A stretch of 64,000 nucleotides of DNA from Heteronotia binoei (Eukaryota), in NCBI RefSeq assembly GCF_032191835.1, contig NC_083235.1, forward strand, positions 33,852,001 through 33,916,000, in the 5' to 3' direction. Each line of letters begins with the position of its first letter. Position 1 is the stretch's first letter. Below, piece by piece: positions 12,484 through 24,342 of this stretch. The notes under the pieces are model-generated. The model saw only the letters and a program-made list of their open reading frames with translations. It made no database searches and was not told where the DNA came from. The position numbers and the translations under genes are program-made.

Positions 12484-14145
12484 GTGAGTTGAGTGTAATT
12501 CAAGGACTTGTTTCTAACTTCGTGATAGCTGATACAGCTGGGAAGGAAAAGGACACCTCTTTGGTCTATAGACAACAGAAAGTGCTGTGAAACTATGCCT
12601 GGATTATATCACTTCAAGCTGCAGGTGGTCAGTCTAGTCTAAACATGCGGTAGAAAAAAAGGTGGTAGAATCTTGAGATGACACAGTGGACTGTACCACT
12701 TCAGGCTTGAAAGTTGGCTGCACCATTTTGAACAGTGATCCCCTATGTGAAAACCACGCAGCTGCTTGGATTGCTTGTTCCAGCTAGCCCCAAGCAGCTC
12801 TGCTAGCTCACAATTCTCCTTACTCATACTGCTGCATGAACAGAGCAGCTTGTAGTGTAAAGAATGCCATGTGTTTGAACTCTCCTTCAGAAGAGAAATG
12901 TCCTTATTAGGGATGTGCATTCGGCTCGGCCGAGCCGCATATACAGCCGAATCAACGCTGATTCGGCTGTATTCGGAATTACCCGCAGCCGAATGCCATT
13001 GCCGCCCATTATGCGGCTCCCGAATGCGGCTCGCCGCATACTTCCGAATAGCCATTCGGAAGTATGCGGCTGTCAGCTGTCAGCTGTCAAAAGGCGGGAA
13101 AAGCAGCCTCTGCAGCCTCAAAGGAGCTGCTTTGCCTGGTTTCCCGCCTTTAGTGGCCTCTTCCCGCCTTTCCCATATCCTCCCTGGGATCAGGGAGGGG
13201 GGGAGGGGGAAGAGGAGCCCCAGCAGCCAGCCAATCCAAAGCATGCATTTGCAAAATGCATTGCAAATGCATGCTTTGCAGGGCTGTTGTTGTGTACTGT
13301 GTAGCTGATGGCCCAGCCATCAGCTACATTGTTATTTTGATCTTTTGCTTACTTGGGTATCCAAGTAAGCAATGTTCTCTGGCCAATCAGAGAGAGCAGT
13401 GCTATTTTTTGAAATTGCTCTCTGTAGGGCCAGAGAACCTTTTTAAGGAGTCTTCCTGCTGGACTCCTCCATTGCTGTGTTGGTGTATGTGGGTTGGTGT
13501 GAGAGAGATTGTGCTGCTGCTGGTGGCTGGCCCTTGGCTTCAGCTCCTGCCTGCTGCTCTCTCACTGCCTTACCAGAGACCTCCCTGGACTCAGAGAAGA
13601 CAAGGTAAGACAGTTTTGGGGTTCTTGTTTTAGTTTTTGTTGTTAAAAGGACTAGAGTCCCTTTACTTGTTCAGATTTGGGTGGGTGAGTACTGGGTGGG
13701 TAGGGTAGCCTATTTGGGGTTGGGGTTAGGTTCTGCTGGGGGTGGGGGCCTGGGGTGGGTTTTTTTTGCTAATTTGCCCATATCTTAATTTAGTGAGAGG
13801 ACTTTTTAAAGTGCAGTGTCCTTTTACTTCTCCTGATTTGGGTGGCTTGGATTTCTTGGGGTTAGGGTGAAGGGTTTTTTTTTTTTTTGGGGGGGGGAGT
13901 TCCTGTATTATTAAAAGTTGAGTTTTTTACTGTTTCATTGTTTGATTTGTTGCTGCTGTGTTGTGTTGCTGCTGTGTTACTTTTATCTTCAGGTTATTGG
14001 GGGGGGGGTGCTGCTTGGCCTAATTTTCATTGTTTAAAAGGCCACTTTTGTCCCCCTTTTCTGGTTCTGGTTTTAGGGGTGGGGGTGTTGTTGTTGACTG
14101 ATTTGGCCTGAGTTTTCTTATTGGTGAAAGGCCACTTTTAAAAAT

Positions 14146-14260
14146 CTTGAGTTGCTTTGCTTGGCCTCTTGTGATTCTCTGGTTTTGTTTTGGTTTTTTA
14201 AAATTGAGTTGCTTTGCTTGGCCTCTTGTGATTCTCTGGTTTTGTTTTGGTTTTTTAAAA
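14146..14260. repeat. Tandem duplication of about 57 bp inside the hAT element
   Basis: ttgagttgctttgcttggcctcttgtgattctctggttttgttttggttttttaaaa occurs twice. Confidence 0.9.
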
Positions 14261-14686
14261 TTACCTCTGGTTGGTGTGGGGGTTGGCGAGGGTGTGTGTG
14301 GGCTGGGTCACTTTCTTGTTGTTATAGAGTGATTTTTGAAATCTGAGTGTGCTCTCGGTTTGGCTAGGGCCACTAAATAGGCTGCCCCACTAATAAGGGT
14401 GTTTTTAGGGATTGTGTTTTTTTGAAATTTAAAACAAAATTAATCCAGTTTAGGGCTTTATCTCCTTTCACAATTCAAGTAAGCCAGATAGGGGTGCTTT
14501 AAAAAGTTTTTAGGTTTCTCATAAAAGGCAGCGTGACTACTAGGCCACATCAGGCTCCCTTTTAAAGAGACTAGGGTTGCAGCAGCAGTGCATCTGGCTT
14601 TCAGCCACTGAAAGCTGGTGCATGTAGAGCTAGGTGTGGTGGTCCACCACTTCTCTTGTTTGAGACTAGAGTTGTGTTGTTTGGGA

Positions 14687-15035
14687 CAGGGAAGCTGGCA
14701 CCTGGGTAAGAGACCCAGAGGCAGCAGGCTTTTTGTGGTTGGCCAGCTCTCCCCGTGTTGTTTGGGGCAGGGCTGGAGAGCTGGCATCTGTAGATTGTGT
14801 GTTCTGTGGCAGGGAAACTGGCACCTGGGTGAGAGACCCAGAACCAGCAGGCTTTTTGTGGTTGGCCAGCTCTCCCCGTGTTGTTTGGGGCAGGGCTGGA
14901 GAGCTGGCATCTGTAGATTGTGTGTTCTGTGGCAGGGAAGCTGGCACCTGGGTGAGAGACCCGGAACCAGCAGGCTTTTTGTGGTTGGCCAGCTCTCCCC
15001 GTGTTGTTTGGGGCAGGGCTGGAGAGCTGGCATCT
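14687..15035. repeat. 123-bp tandem repeat, about 2.8 copies
   Basis: Unit starts at 14687, 14810 and 14933; copies are near-identical. Confidence 0.92.
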
Positions 15036-15619
15036 GGGTTTGCTGCAGCCAGGTCTGCAGAGCAGACCTTGAGCAGATTGTGTTTTGTGTGGCAGTGACG
15101 TTGGCAACTGGGTTTATATTGGTGCCAGGCCTGCAGGGTTCATAGATTAGATAGAGGGATGTAGTGCATTTGGGGCCTATAGAGATTCTCTGGTGTGAAG
15201 TTAGGTTTGGCTTTGGGTGCCCCAGGAATTGGACCCCCTGGTCCAATTTTTTTTTTGGCCTTGTGGGTTTTGTGTGGGACAGTGCCCTGAAGCTGCACAG
15301 CAGTTTGGGGGGCTCTCCTCAAAACCTCCTGCTCCCCAGAGCCACTTTTCCCACGACAATTGCAGTGAGGAAGTGGCTCTAATTGGTTTTTTCTCACCAT
15401 TGGGAGCAGTGTTCCTTTTGGGGTGCCGACAGATGGGTGCTGTCTTTTGGAGCCAGGGGGGTTGCATGCTGGGGAGTCCCCTGAAGCTGCCCTGCAGTTT
15501 TGGGGCCTCTCCCTCAAACCCCCGTCTGGCCAGAGCCACTTTCCCCACAGCAATTGTAGTGGAGGAAGTGGTTAATTGGGCTTTCCCCATCATTGTTGGC
15601 AATGGGCCTTTTGGGGAGC

Positions 15620-16190
15620 CCAAAGACAGGGACCCCCTGGCCCAATCTTTTTGGGACTTGGGGGGGTTGGAGGGGAGAGTCCCCTGCAGGTCCTCTGCAA
15701 ATTTGGGGGCTCTCCCTCAAACCCCCTGCCCCCCAGTAGCCTCTAATTATGCCCTATGTTGCCATTGATTTCAATGGCCCTTAGGGTGTAATGATGGAAT
15801 AGGGGCACCCTCTTTGGGTGCCCCTGGAATGGGATCCCCTGGCCCAATCTTTTTGGGACTTGGGGGGGTTGGAGGGGAGAGTCCCCTGCAGGTCCCCTGC
15901 AAATTTGGGGGCTCTCCCTCAAACCCCCTCCCCTCCAGGCGGCTTCAATTATACCCTATTTGCCATTGATTTCAATGGCCCATAGGGTATAATGATGGAA
16001 TAGGGGCACCCTCTTTGGGTGCCCCTGGAATGGGATCCCCTGGCCCAATCTTTTTGGGACTTGGGGGGGTTGGAGCGGAGAGTCCCCTGCAGGTCCCCTG
16101 CAAATTTGGGGGCTCTCCCTCAAACCACCCCCCTCCAGGCGGCTTCAAATATACCCTATTTGCCATTGATTTCAATGGCCCATAGGGTAT
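15620..16190. repeat. Tandem repeat of about 201 bp, about 2.9 copies
   Basis: The cccaatctttttgggac anchor recurs at about 15641, 15843 and 16044; each unit has a ccattgatttcaatgg near-palindrome. Confidence 0.9.
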
Positions 16191-16699
16191 AATAGGGCCG
16201 TATATTCGGAAATAGCCGCGCATTACCGTATATGCGGCTATTCCGAATACGGTATTCAGTAGTACATGGGGAATCTGAATTTTTTTTTCCCCGTGTACTT
16301 CCGAATCCGTGTAATTCCGAATTTTTTTTTTTGCACATCCCTAGTCCTTATCAGGTGAAAAACCCAGGTAGGTCCAGATTTATATGTACACTAGATAGTG
16401 CACTTTCAATCCAATTGCAGTGCACTTTGCACTGGATTTTACTGTGTCACACAGTAAAATTCTCTTGCAAACCATCACTAAAGTGCATTGAAAAGGCATT
16501 AGTCAGCATGTCTGAAAGAAAATTTATGGCATCTCTTCATATATTACAAATGAAGGTTCCAACCAAGTTGCCATTCCCTGTCAAAGGCAGAATTTTAACA
16601 CACTGGGGTAAAGTGATACAATGTGTTGTGATGCTTCTATACATGATTAAGGCTGCCAGTTACAGAAATCAAACATTTCTGTTCCTTAGGTAGTATTTG

Positions 16700-17120
16700 G
16701 CCAGTCCAGAAGTAAAACCTAGTACCAGTGTCACACATGCATGTGAAGCTGCCGTTTACTGGATATTACCATCGATCCATCAAAGTCAGTATTTACTCAG
16801 ACTGACGGTGGCTCTCCAGGGTCTCAGGCAGAGGTCTTTCACATCACCTACTGCCTGTTCCTTTTTAACTGGAGATGCAGGTGAATTTCAGGGGTCGTTT
16901 TGTCGAAAAAGAGGTGCAGGAGCTCAGTAACATATCTCATTTGCATATGCCCCGGGATCCGTGTGCAGTGGGGAAAGAGCTCCTCACTGCATGCAGACCC
17001 TGGCTGGAGGCTCAAGAGCTGTGCTCCTGTGAGCGCCTGCTGAATTCTAGCCCTGCTGGTGATTGAACCTAGGACCTTTTGCATGCAAAGCAGAGGCTCT
17101 TCCACTGAGCCACAGCACCT
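16700..17120 (-). mobile_element. tRNA-derived SINE interrupted by a small element at 16877-17055; related + copy at about 43690-43870
   Basis: Minus-strand head gctgtggctcagtggaagagc...ggttcaatc; insert flanked by ctgg(a/t)gat. Confidence 0.7.
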
Positions 17121-17801
17121 CCTCAAATGCCGTCTTTTTTCTTGGAGTGCATAGGCACAACTTTAATAAGGGAGGAAAGACATTTCAAAAATTAAAAAGC
17201 AAAATGTTAAAGAAGTAAAACAAAACCATATAAAACATGGACCTTGCACTTTGACATTTTGGCAACTGGCCCCAAAGCAAGATAACTAACTTGGCTGGTC
17301 AGAGGCGTTTATTAAATTTTATTTTAAATGACTTGTTAGCAAGCCCATGTACATTTATTTATTGTTTTATGAATAATGTAATGATATGCCCATGAAGGGA
17401 AAACGCTTTCCAGGATGTGCACATGTATCAGAATCCTGTTTCAATACTCATTAAAAAGTGGCAGTTCCCTGTGCCTTCTCTACCATGGTTGTGACAACTG
17501 ACCTTTAGCACCTAGAACTGCTCACTTTTGATGTCTAAAGTATTGGTTCAATGGGCAAGGACAGTGAAGAGATGGCAGCTAAAACCAAAGCTGTGATATT
17601 ACAAATGCAACATGGGGATTTTAAAAAGAATACTGAAAGGTACATGGACCCTAGGATTGGCCCCTGCACCCTAGTGCTGAAAGATCTGCTGGTTGTTACC
17701 TTTAAAGTCCTAAGTGACGGGCCAGGGTACTCAGCCTTCCCCGTACTGTACAGCCTGTACAGGCATCTTTAAACCTACACCATATACAAGCTGTTATCTT
17801 A

Positions 17802-18103
17802 GAGCCCCATGGCGCAGAGTGGTAAAGCTGCAGTACTGCAGTCGGAGCCCTCTGCTCACAACCTGAGTTCAATCCCCAGTGGAAGCTGAGTTTTCAGATA
17901 GCCGGCTCCAGGTTGACTCAGCCTTCCATCCTTCTGAGGTCGGTCAAATGAGTACTCAGCTTGCTGGAGGGAAAGTGTAGATGACTGGGGAAGGCAATGG
18001 CAAACCACCCCGTAAAAAGTCTGCCGTGAAAATGTTGTGAAAGCAACATCACCCCAGAGTCGAAAACGACTGGTGCTTGCACAGTGGATTACCTTTACCT
18101 TTT
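17802..18103 (+). mobile_element. Sauria SINE
   Basis: gagccccatggcgcagagtggtaaag head, (ACCTTT)n tail, ttatc(t/g)ta duplication. Confidence 0.9.
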
Positions 18104-18537
18104 TATCGTAGAGAAACTTAAATACTGGAAAAAATTGCATTGGACTTGGCAGGAAAAACTCGACTTAATTAGGGCTTTTATTTTGCCTCTTTATATTTTT
18201 TTTTATTTCGTACATTACCAATGGAGATCCCTAAACCTCTTATACAGAATGGTCAATCCACTCTTTTTAAATTTGTATAGGGTGCAAAACTATATAGGAT
18301 AAACTTTAAAACTTTATGCAAACCTACTATAGAAGGTGGTTTGGGTTTACCTAATCTATTCTATTATGCTATTCATTTAACAAACTTAATCAGAATGATT
18401 CACCCTGAAGATTTACCAGACTGGGCATATATAGAACAGTCATTTGTACACAATAGAACACTTCAAAAAATAATTTGGAATCAGCCTTCTAAATGTCCTT
18501 CCACAACACAACTGACCCCCTTTTTAGTTAAAAAAAA

Positions 18538-18816
18538 CTAGCCAGTTTGGTGTAGTGGTTAAGTGTGCGGACTCTTATCTGGGAGAACTGGGTTTGATTC
18601 CCCACTCCTCCTCTTGCATCTGCTAGCATGGCCTTGGGTCAGCCATAGCTCTGGAAGAGGTTGTCCTTGAAAGGGCAGCTGCTGTGAGAGCCCTCTCCAG
18701 CCCCACCCACCTCACAGGGTGTTTGTTGTGGGGGAGGAAGGTAAAGGAGATTGTGAGCCGCTCTGAGACTCTTCGGAGTGGAGGGCGGGATATAAATCCA
18801 ATATCTTCTTCTTCTT
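18538..18816 (+). mobile_element. tRNA-derived SINE with L2-type tail (Squam3/MIR-like); related fragments at about 22780-22850, 50430-50745 and 61590-61800
   Basis: A box tggtgtagtggtt, B box gggtttgattccc, tail gggcgggatataaatcc plus (TCT)n. Confidence 0.75.
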
Positions 18817-19369
18817 TTTAATACCCTAATGGTTTGGGACCATAACAGAGGAAAAATCACTCCAAATATTTCACCAATTGCAACTTTTATTAGATAGGAA
18901 TGGTTTCCTCCTGCATGTGCAGATGAGTCCTATAAAATATGGTCCCAAAGTAAGATTCACAGAATTATCAGTATTGTTAAAAATGGTGAACTCAACAGTA
19001 AACAAAATCTAGAAACGAAAGTAATTTTTGGGTATCGTGGTACCGATATTTCCAACTAAGATACTTGACATCTATGGCCATCCTCAAACAAAGACTAAAA
19101 GAAACCTTAACGCCTTTTGAGACATTGCTGAAAAATACATACCCAACGAGAAAAAGATTATCTCTGTTATATATAAAATACTTATATCTACTTATATCCC
19201 TGACATACCTCCTTACACCAAAAAATAGCAGAAAGACTTGCAACACAATTTTCCAGAAGACCACTGAAAGAAAACCTGGAATTCTCCCACTTTTAATGCT
19301 CCTAATATTAAGATCAGAACACAGCTTTTTAAAACCATTGCAAGGTGGTATCTTACACCAATTAAGAAC

Positions 19370-20370
19370 ATAAAAGAAGCCATGTTGGATCAGACCAATG
19401 GCCCATCCAGTCCAACACTCTGTGTCACACAGTGGCCCAGTACACACACACACACTGTGGCTAATAGCCACTGATGGACCTCTTCCGGTTTGCATACAAC
19501 TGATCAGTACTTGAAAATTTCGAATAGAAGGCTGTAGTATGGTACTATGGTAAATGGCTTTGTTTTACTGTTTTACTGTTTTTACTGGTTTATTGTTTAA
19601 ATGTTGTAAATTGATGTATTTTAAAAATTAATCCTATGTTAGAACTTTTGTGTTGTGAGCCGCCCTGAGCCGCCTTGGTGGGAAGGGCGGAATATAAACT
19701 AAATAAAATGAAATGAAAAAAAAAAATGACCCCTGCTCCATATTTTTATCTAACCCTCTCTTGAAGCTGTCTGTTCTTGTAGCTGCCACCACCTCCTATG
19801 GCAGTGAATTCCATATGTTAATCACCCTTTGGGTGAAGAAGTACTTCCTTTTATTCGTTTTAACCTGACTGCTCAGCAATTTCATCGAATGCCCACGAGT
19901 TCTTGTATTGTGAGAAAGGGAGAAAAGTACTTCTTTCTTTACTTTCTTCATCCCATGCATAATCTTGTAAACCTCTGTCATGTCACCCCGCAGTTGACGT
20001 TTCTCCAAGCTAAATAGCCCCAAGCGTTTTAACCTTTCTTCATAGGGAAAGTGTTCCAACCCTTTAATCATTCTAGTTGCCCTTTTCTGGACTTTTTCCA
20101 GTGTTATAATATCCTTTCTGAGGTGTGGTGACCAGAATTGCACACAGTATTCCAAATGAGACCGCACCATCGATTTATACAGGGGCATTATGATACTGGC
20201 TGATTTGTTTTCAATTTCCTTCCTAATAATTCCCAGCATGGCGTTGGCCTTTTTTATTGCAATCACACACTGTCTTGACATTTTCAGTGAGTTATCTACT
20301 ACAACCCCAAGATCTCTCTCTTGGTCAGTCTCTGCCAGTTCACATCCCATCAACTTGTATTTGTAGCTGG
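19370..20370 (-). mobile_element. CR1 LINE 3' fragment inserted in an L1; itself interrupted at about 19482-19725 by an L2/SINE-type tail
   Basis: ORF 19796..20398 encodes the CR1 ORF2 C-terminus; same family as the copy at 4630-5400. Confidence 0.95.
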
Positions 20371-21129
20371 GATTCTTAAATTGTATCACATTCACCATAA
20401 CACTTCAAAGTTATGTTGGAAAGGCTGTACCTTGCTAGGAACTCTATTACATTGTTGGCAGCACATACAATGTTTCTGGAAATCAATCCAACATTTTATA
20501 TGAGAAATTTTATATATTCATATCCTTTTAAAATGTGAATTTTTTGTTTTAAATACATGGACTTTGCAAGTGGCAGGTTTTACTAATTTTGATTTACTAG
20601 AAAATCTGTGTGCTGCAGCTCACCTTGAAATTGTGATCAACTGGAAAAATACTAGACTTTTATCGGTATCAAACTGGCTTTACAAAGCTTAGGAAATATG
20701 TATGTTAGACAAAATAACAGACTCTCTTATCCAAAGAGTTAGATCCCCACAACTCCAAATTTGTGGCTGTATGGTTTCCCTTTTTAGAGTATCTCACAAC
20801 GAAAGAACAATACTCATCTTTACTTGAAACAATTAATGCTATTTATTAGTCTAACATGGCTTTGCCTTATATGCTTACTTGAAAAAGACATCAATAATTT
20901 TGTTTAGAGCATAGAATCTTTTGGATTGTATATATAATCTTCTGGGTTTTCTTTTTTAATGTTTTCTTAATGGTATTTTGATTGTACCTTTTCAAAGCTT
21001 AATAAAATGTTAAAAAGTTAAAAAAAATTAATGTATGTGCATCTTATGCTTGGAAGTTAGTGAGCCCTTAATGACATCTGTTCATTCATTGTGCATCAAT
21101 GCAATAATGGTCTCTGGTTTCTCCTACAG

Positions 21130-21225
21130 TATGACTTCACCTCTTGTGCAGGACTCCTCTTTGTGTTGGTGATGGTGTTATTATTTAGTGGGATCATCCT
21201 TGCCATCATGCTGCCTTTCCATTAT
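21130..21225 (+). CDS. FAIM2: FAIM2-like exon 10, YDFTSCAGLLFVLVMVLLFSGIILAIMLPFHY
   Basis: ctcctacag acceptor, TAT|gtaagt donor, 96 bp, DFTSC motif plus a transmembrane segment; in frame within ORF 21091..21345. Confidence 0.95.
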
Positions 21226-21254
21226 GTAAGTCACATTTTGCCTCAAGAACTAAC

Positions 21255-21390
21255 ACGTAGTCTCTCAATGTTGACTGGAGGGGGTTGTAAGGACCGCATA
21301 ACACCAGCCTTGGTCCATCTGTACTGGCTCCCAGTTGGTTTCTGAGACCAATTCAAGGTACTGGTGTTGTCCTTTAAAGCTCTATTATTT
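21255..21390 (+). mobile_element. L2 3' ORF2 fragment
   Basis: DRITPALVHLYWLPV..FKVLV..FKAL. Confidence 0.7.
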
Positions 21391-22429
21391 ACCATTCCCC
21401 ATACGTGTTATTTTATTCTGAGCACACTCTTCCCACAAGCTTTGTTCAATTTGCTTTTTACTATTTCCACACTGTTTTCTTTTGGCATCTGAAATGTTTG
21501 GCACTAGGTTGTGGACTATTCACAATGCAAGAACCCCACATTAGGGAGTAAAGCAAAGGAAGGGAGAGAAACTGGAATCTTTCAGCCATTCTCACCAAAG
21601 AGTTTTCTTTCTTCAGTTCATCATCAAGGAGAGCATGTGAGATACTGGGAACTGCTAGGCTTGCCAAGCTCCAGATAGGGCCTGGAGATCTCTCAGAATT
21701 ACAACTCATCTCCAGACTACATAGATCAGCTCCCCTGAAGGAAATGGCTCCTTTAGAAGGTGGACTCTTTGGTTTTATACCTCACTGAGGTCCCTCCTCA
21801 AACTCTGCCCTCTCAAAGCCATGCCCCCAGATTGCTGGGAATTTCTCCAAGCTGGAGTTGGCAACCGTAGAAGCTGTTCACAATGTAAAGGAAGCACACC
21901 ATTCATCACCATGCACTTGATTTAGGTGCCTGAGTTCAGGTTTCTCCTATCAGGACAATCTTCCGTTATGAGCTGGAAACACAAAGCAACTGATTATCCG
22001 GCTTCTGAAGGGACCTTTCTTTGCCTTTCGTTCACACCCTCCTGATATTCAAGAATAAATGGAACTTTGAGGGCTCATTATAAAAGTGTTGCACTTTGCA
22101 CTGGCGTTAACGTCTGATGGCAATTAGTATCCAAGAGGAACAGGTGTTGAAGATACCTGCATAGGTGGGAGAGGCGTACTTCTGGGAGTGGAATTTTTGG
22201 CTTGCTGAAAGCCCACAGTTCTGAATGATGCTTGCAGCTCTCCGGAATACATCTCGTCTCCTTCAGAACTTTAGAAAACTGAGCAGGTTCCCTGGAGTAT
22301 TGTCATATAAGTTTTCTAATTAAAGAAGTAAAAGAACACAGGCTGTATCCCTTCCCTCCAAGGCCAACACCTATCGTACAGTTTACTATCTTGAGTCTCA
22401 TACAGACATACAGTTGCCCTAAAAGCTAA

Positions 22430-22660
22430 AGTAACAAACTTGAGGCTATTGTATTTTGGTGCTGAAAAAGACAGTGATGCTAGGAGAAGCAGAAGGCAGC
22501 AGAAAAAGAGGAAGACCCAACATGAGTTGGATGACTCAGTCAAGGAAGGCGTAGACCTTAGCGTGAGAGACCTGAGCAAAGCTGTTGATGAGAGGATGTT
22601 TGGGGGGACATTGGTTCATAGGGTTGCCATAAGTCAGAGGTGATTTGACAGCACTTAACA
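22430..22660 (+). mobile_element. RTE-clade LINE 3' fragment
   Basis: ORF 22440..22643, DSVKEGVDLSVRDLSKAVDERMF..LVHRVAISQ, matches the RTE C-terminus. Confidence 0.75.
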
Positions 22661-22682
22661 TATTATAGGGGAAATCCCTTAT

Positions 22683-22745
22683 CTAAATTTATGGGGGTTG
22701 GACTAGATGACCTTGGAGGTCCCTTCCAACTCTATGATTCTATTA
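22683..22745 (+). mobile_element. CR1 extreme 3' end
   Basis: ggttggactagatgaccttggaggtcccttccaactctatgattctat is the canonical CR1 terminus. Confidence 0.8.
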
Positions 22746-23137
22746 TTCTAATTCATCTAAACCAGCAGGCTTCATGGGGGATGGAGAATCAAACTCTGTT
22801 CTCCAGATTAGAGTCCACCACTCTTAACCACTACACCATCACTCTTAAACATTGCACTGGTGTATATGAGAGAGACTACACATAAATCATGTGATCTCCC
22901 ATATGTACCTTCTGGTAGAAAAGTTTTCCTACTTGATCAGCTAACCCTCTATAATTCAATATATTATTCTAAATTAACTCTGTATTACAAGGTAGGGTAG
23001 GATAGTGCCTAGGAAGTCAGGATATGACTGGGTGAGTCAGGTTGCTGACCTCTAGGTGGGGTCTGGAAATCTCCCAGAATTACATCTGGTCTCCAGTTAA
23101 CGGAGATCAGTTCTCTTGGAACAAAATGGCTTCTTTG

Positions 23138-23630
23138 TAGGGTTGCCAAGTCCCCTCTTCTCGCCGGCAGGGGACTTTCACCCAGAAGTGACATCATCAT
23201 GCCATGCTGTCGCTCAAGGCCTCTCTAGGTGTTTCTGGGAAAACTCTATGGTTTCCCTGGACGCTCTAGCCATTTGGGAGGGCAAAACTCTATGGTACTT
23301 ATTGTACCTATTGCCATCATGCCATGCTGTCGCTCATGGCCTCTCTAGGTGTTCCTGGGAAAACTCTATGGTTTCCCCGGATGCTCTAGCCATTTTGGAG
23401 AGCAAAACTCTATGGTACTTATTGTACCTATTGAAAACCAAAGAGTTTTCCTGGAAACGCCTAGAGAGGTCGCTGTGCGACATCGCTGGTGCAATGACAT
23501 CACTTCCGGGTGACACTATCGCACTGATGATGTTGGGGGAGGTTCCCCCCACCAGCCCGATGTGGGCCGGTGGGTTGGGAACCTCCAGGGCAGGGGAATC
23601 CCTGCCTGGACCAGGGGCTTGGCAGACCTA
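23138..23630. mobile_element. hAT MITE with an internal duplication of about 118 bp, nested in another MITE
   Basis: TIR tagggttgcca/tggcagaccta; perfect TSD CTTCTTTG. Confidence 0.88.
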
Positions 23631-23654
23631 CTTCTTTGAAGGGTAGGCTCTATA

Positions 23655-23841
23655 CAGGGCTTTTTTTTTTGTAGCAGGAACTCCTTTGCATATTAGGCTA
23701 TATCCCTCTTATGTTGCCAATCCTTCAAGAACTTACAGGCCTCTTATTACAGGGCCTACTGTAAGCTCTTGGAGGATTGGCTACATCAGGGTGTGTGTGG
23801 CCTAATATGCAAAGGAGTTCCTGCTACAAAAAAAAGCTCTG
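23655..23841. mobile_element. hAT MITE, CAGGGCTTTTTTTGTAG family
   Basis: Perfect TSD GCTCTATA; nearly palindromic. Confidence 0.9.
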
Positions 23842-24342
23842 GCTCTATATAGCATTATACCCATTGCTGAGGTCCCTCTGTCTTCTTCTGGCTGCACCCT
23901 CAAAATCTCCAGGAATTTTCCAACCCAGAGGTGGCAACCCTAGATGCTATCATTTAGAGTAATGTACAAACCATAATGTATAAACAAGATATTATCAAAC
24001 AATGCAGGAAATATATAACACATTCCTGGCATGCATTTATCTTAAATATTAACAGGGCCAAGGAAGGGGCAGCAACATTGCCGACAATTCTCAAGTTTCA
24101 GGTCCCAAAGCAAATTCAACTGTGTTTCTGTATTGTCCTGTTATGCGATGTCAAGCCAGCCTTGCTTGCCTTCATGCCCGTCCATTTGCTTGGCAGACGA
24201 AAAGGCATCGCCAGCTCAGTCTTGCAGATATAAACTGCTGACCCCTTGGTTCCCACGGGCATGTACAAAAGGAAGTGGGATCTTTGTCACCAGTTTCTGA
24301 CTACTGGGCAGGTTACTTTATTTATTCATTAACAGAAATTAT

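Larger units (their letters stand above)
12908..16343. mobile_element. Non-autonomous hAT DNA transposon, 3436 bp, in FAIM2 intron 9
   Basis: 12-bp TIR TAGGGATGTGCA/TGCACATCCCTA, perfect 8-bp TSD GTCCTTAT, and CpG-rich subterminal CCGAAT/ATTCGG and GCCGC repeats at both ends. No recognisable transposase. Confidence 0.92.
17772..21027 (+). mobile_element. Degenerate L1/Tx1-clade LINE ORF2 3' portion with nested SINEs and a CR1
   Basis: Peptide relics KLKYWKKLHWTWQEKLDLIRAFILP, GGLGLPNL, WYLTP, SKLCWKGC..GTLLHCW; AATAAA at 21001 and an A-rich tail. Confidence 0.8.

Noticed and set aside
12267-12590. 107-aa ORF overlapping exon 9
   Set aside because: It is in a different frame from the true exon peptide; incidental.
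14458-15768. Long repetitive ORFs (up to 262 aa) on both strands
   Set aside because: They arise from the 123-bp (multiple of 3) tandem repeat inside the hAT element; no domain, splice context or strand preference.
14687-16190. CRISPR-like regular repeats
   Set aside because: Units are contiguous 123/201-bp tandem copies with no unique spacers, in a vertebrate intron.
18538-18615. tRNA-like A/B-box heads (also about 17060-17120, 17802-17880 and 43690-43750)
   Set aside because: They are SINE heads fused to LINE-like tails, without a complete cloverleaf.
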